A stretch of 64,000 bases of DNA, from NCBI GenBank assembly GCA_043228905.1, contig JBHGNT010000007.1, positions 13,206,001 to 13,270,000 of the forward strand, written 5' to 3'. Both the position numbers and the translations under genes were made by a program. Positions within the stretch are counted from its first letter, which is position 1, and each line of letters begins with the position of its first letter. Shown here piece after piece: positions 62,786-64,000 of the stretch. The notes under the pieces were generated by a model. It was not told the DNA's origin and did no database searches. It saw nothing but the letters and a program-made list of their open reading frames with translations. Source of the DNA: Azolla caroliniana (taxonomy: Eukaryota; Plantae; Polypodiophyta).

Positions 62786-63736
62786 GAAATCTTGGCTTAC
62801 TGGTAAGCCAATTGACTCCTAACTTGGAGGTGCAAGGTTTGAATCCTTACTTGCCCTCCTTGTATGTATATGTATATATATTTATATATTTATTTATCTA
62901 GTCGCCGGTTCGCCGGATGCCGCCGGTTATCGGTGGCTACCACCTTGCTGGATGTTGTCACCTCCCCGGCGTCTGATGCCGCCAGATGCCGTCGCCTCAT
63001 TGACGCCGGATGCCGCCGGTTATCGGTGTCCGCCGCCTCGCCGGTGCACCGCCGGATGTCGGCTCCACCGGTTCGCCGGCTCCGTCGGATGTCGGTTCCA
63101 CCGGTTCGCCGGCTCCGTCGGATGTCGGTTCCACCGGTTCGCCGGCTCCGTCGGATGACGGTTCCGCCGAATTACCGGATGTCGGTTCCATCGGATGACG
63201 GTTCCGCTGGATCACCAGTTGCCGGTTCCATCGGCTCGCCGGCTCCGTCGGATGATGGTTCCGCCGAATCACCGGTTGCCGGTGTGCCACCGTCGCTTTG
63301 CCGGCTGCCGCCGGATCACCTTTGGCTCTATCACCGGTCCGGTTTTGGTTAGCCAAAACCTTTACAAGTAGCTAGGCCACCTCCACTCTTAGTTCAAGTT
63401 ACCTTGAACTCTCTATGCTCCACATATAGACACAAAAATAATAACTTTTGCTCTACCTTATATATGATGAGAGTCGTATTTGTCGTGCCTATGTGGGATA
63501 TCTCACAATTTTCTCTTTTCCTTTCACAAACTTTATACCCTCATATCTTGACATCCAGTTGTCCGTTTCTCGTGTAATAAAGTGCATTCGAAAGTTCTTG
63601 AAGACCTCCATCATTTTGTACTTAGATATTAAACTTATTTAAAATGTTATCTTCACTATTATTGTTTTATGTGATTCATACTCGATTTTATACGTTTTAT
63701 ATGATTTTCACACCATTGCCGAAAATCTTCACGACA
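62786..63736 (-). repeat. Partial LTR (related to 57421-58431) inserted in K
   Basis: Reverse complement begins TGTCGTGAAGATTTTCGGCAATGGTGTGAAAAT versus TGTCATAAAGATTTTCGCCAACGGTGTGAAAAT at 57421; R/U5 end deleted. Confidence 0.82.
62900..63345. repeat. GC-rich 33-bp tandem repeat (GGATGTCGGTTCCACCGGTTCGCCGGCTCCGTC) within the LTR
   Basis: Three near-perfect units at ~63054-63152 plus degenerate flanking units. Confidence 0.88.
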
Positions 63737-64000
63737 CCGGAAATGCGGACAGTTCTTCTGAAAGTGCCCCGGCTTCCCACAATAGAAGCAAGTAGGCCTC
63801 CCTCTTGACTTCGACCTCGTCCCCGACTTGTCCCAGTTTTGGGGACTCCGATATCGGCCTCTTCCCCGGTTGTGGTCATCTTCCGTGACCAAGGCTTTTG
63901 GATCGGTTCCAGACTCCCGATCCTTCTGGCGAGCTTCTTTATCTAGCAGGCTTGATTTTACCCTTGCTAGGGACAACTGCTTTCCTTTCGGTCAGGCATT

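Larger units (their letters stand above)
62039..64000 (-). mobile_element. Ty1/copia element K fragment (Tnt1/Tork-like gag zinc knuckle and integrase)
   Basis: CFYCGKPGHFQKNC (63659-63976); integrase YWAEAM..KVFGC..KSKPCIFLGYS (62039-62785); protease region missing. Confidence 0.85.

Noticed and set aside
62864-63356. ORFs of 119-162 aa over the GC-rich repeat
   Set aside because: Translation of a 33-bp tandem repeat inside an LTR; open in several frames because stops are lacking.

Overview
TE-dense eukaryotic DNA, most likely from a non-seed land plant (inferred from the retrotransposon types and a plant-type RNMT). Most of the window is nested, decayed LTR retrotransposons. These are: four members of one non-chromovirus Ty3/gypsy family (A 1-4920, C 10104-20047 full-length with ATTCC TSD, F 32334-39138, J ~54730-62030); two members of a second gypsy clade with a DHGSE protease (B, which has a tRNA-Trp PBS, and E); a tRNA-Asp-primed gag fragment (D); a chromovirus 3' end (H); three Ty1/copia elements (G, I, K); several solo or partial LTRs; and LINE remnants. 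The only host-type gene is an intronless, divergent mRNA cap guanine-N7 methyltransferase (44274-45908). The most notable observations are: (1) element C has no polypurine tract abutting its 3' LTR and instead carries the sense 3' end of tRNA-Arg(UCU), including CCA, 2 nt before the LTR, which suggests possible tRNA priming of both strands; (2) antisense tRNA-like A/B-box modules recur in the U3 of LTRs from unrelated families; (3) one LTR clade appears to insert at CG-centred 4-bp targets; (4) the RNMT retrocopy keeps its frame despite many triplet-repeat expansions but has lost a conserved SAM-binding lysine. All calls are by-eye pattern recognition and tRNA matches are from recalled plant sequences; no database searches were run.
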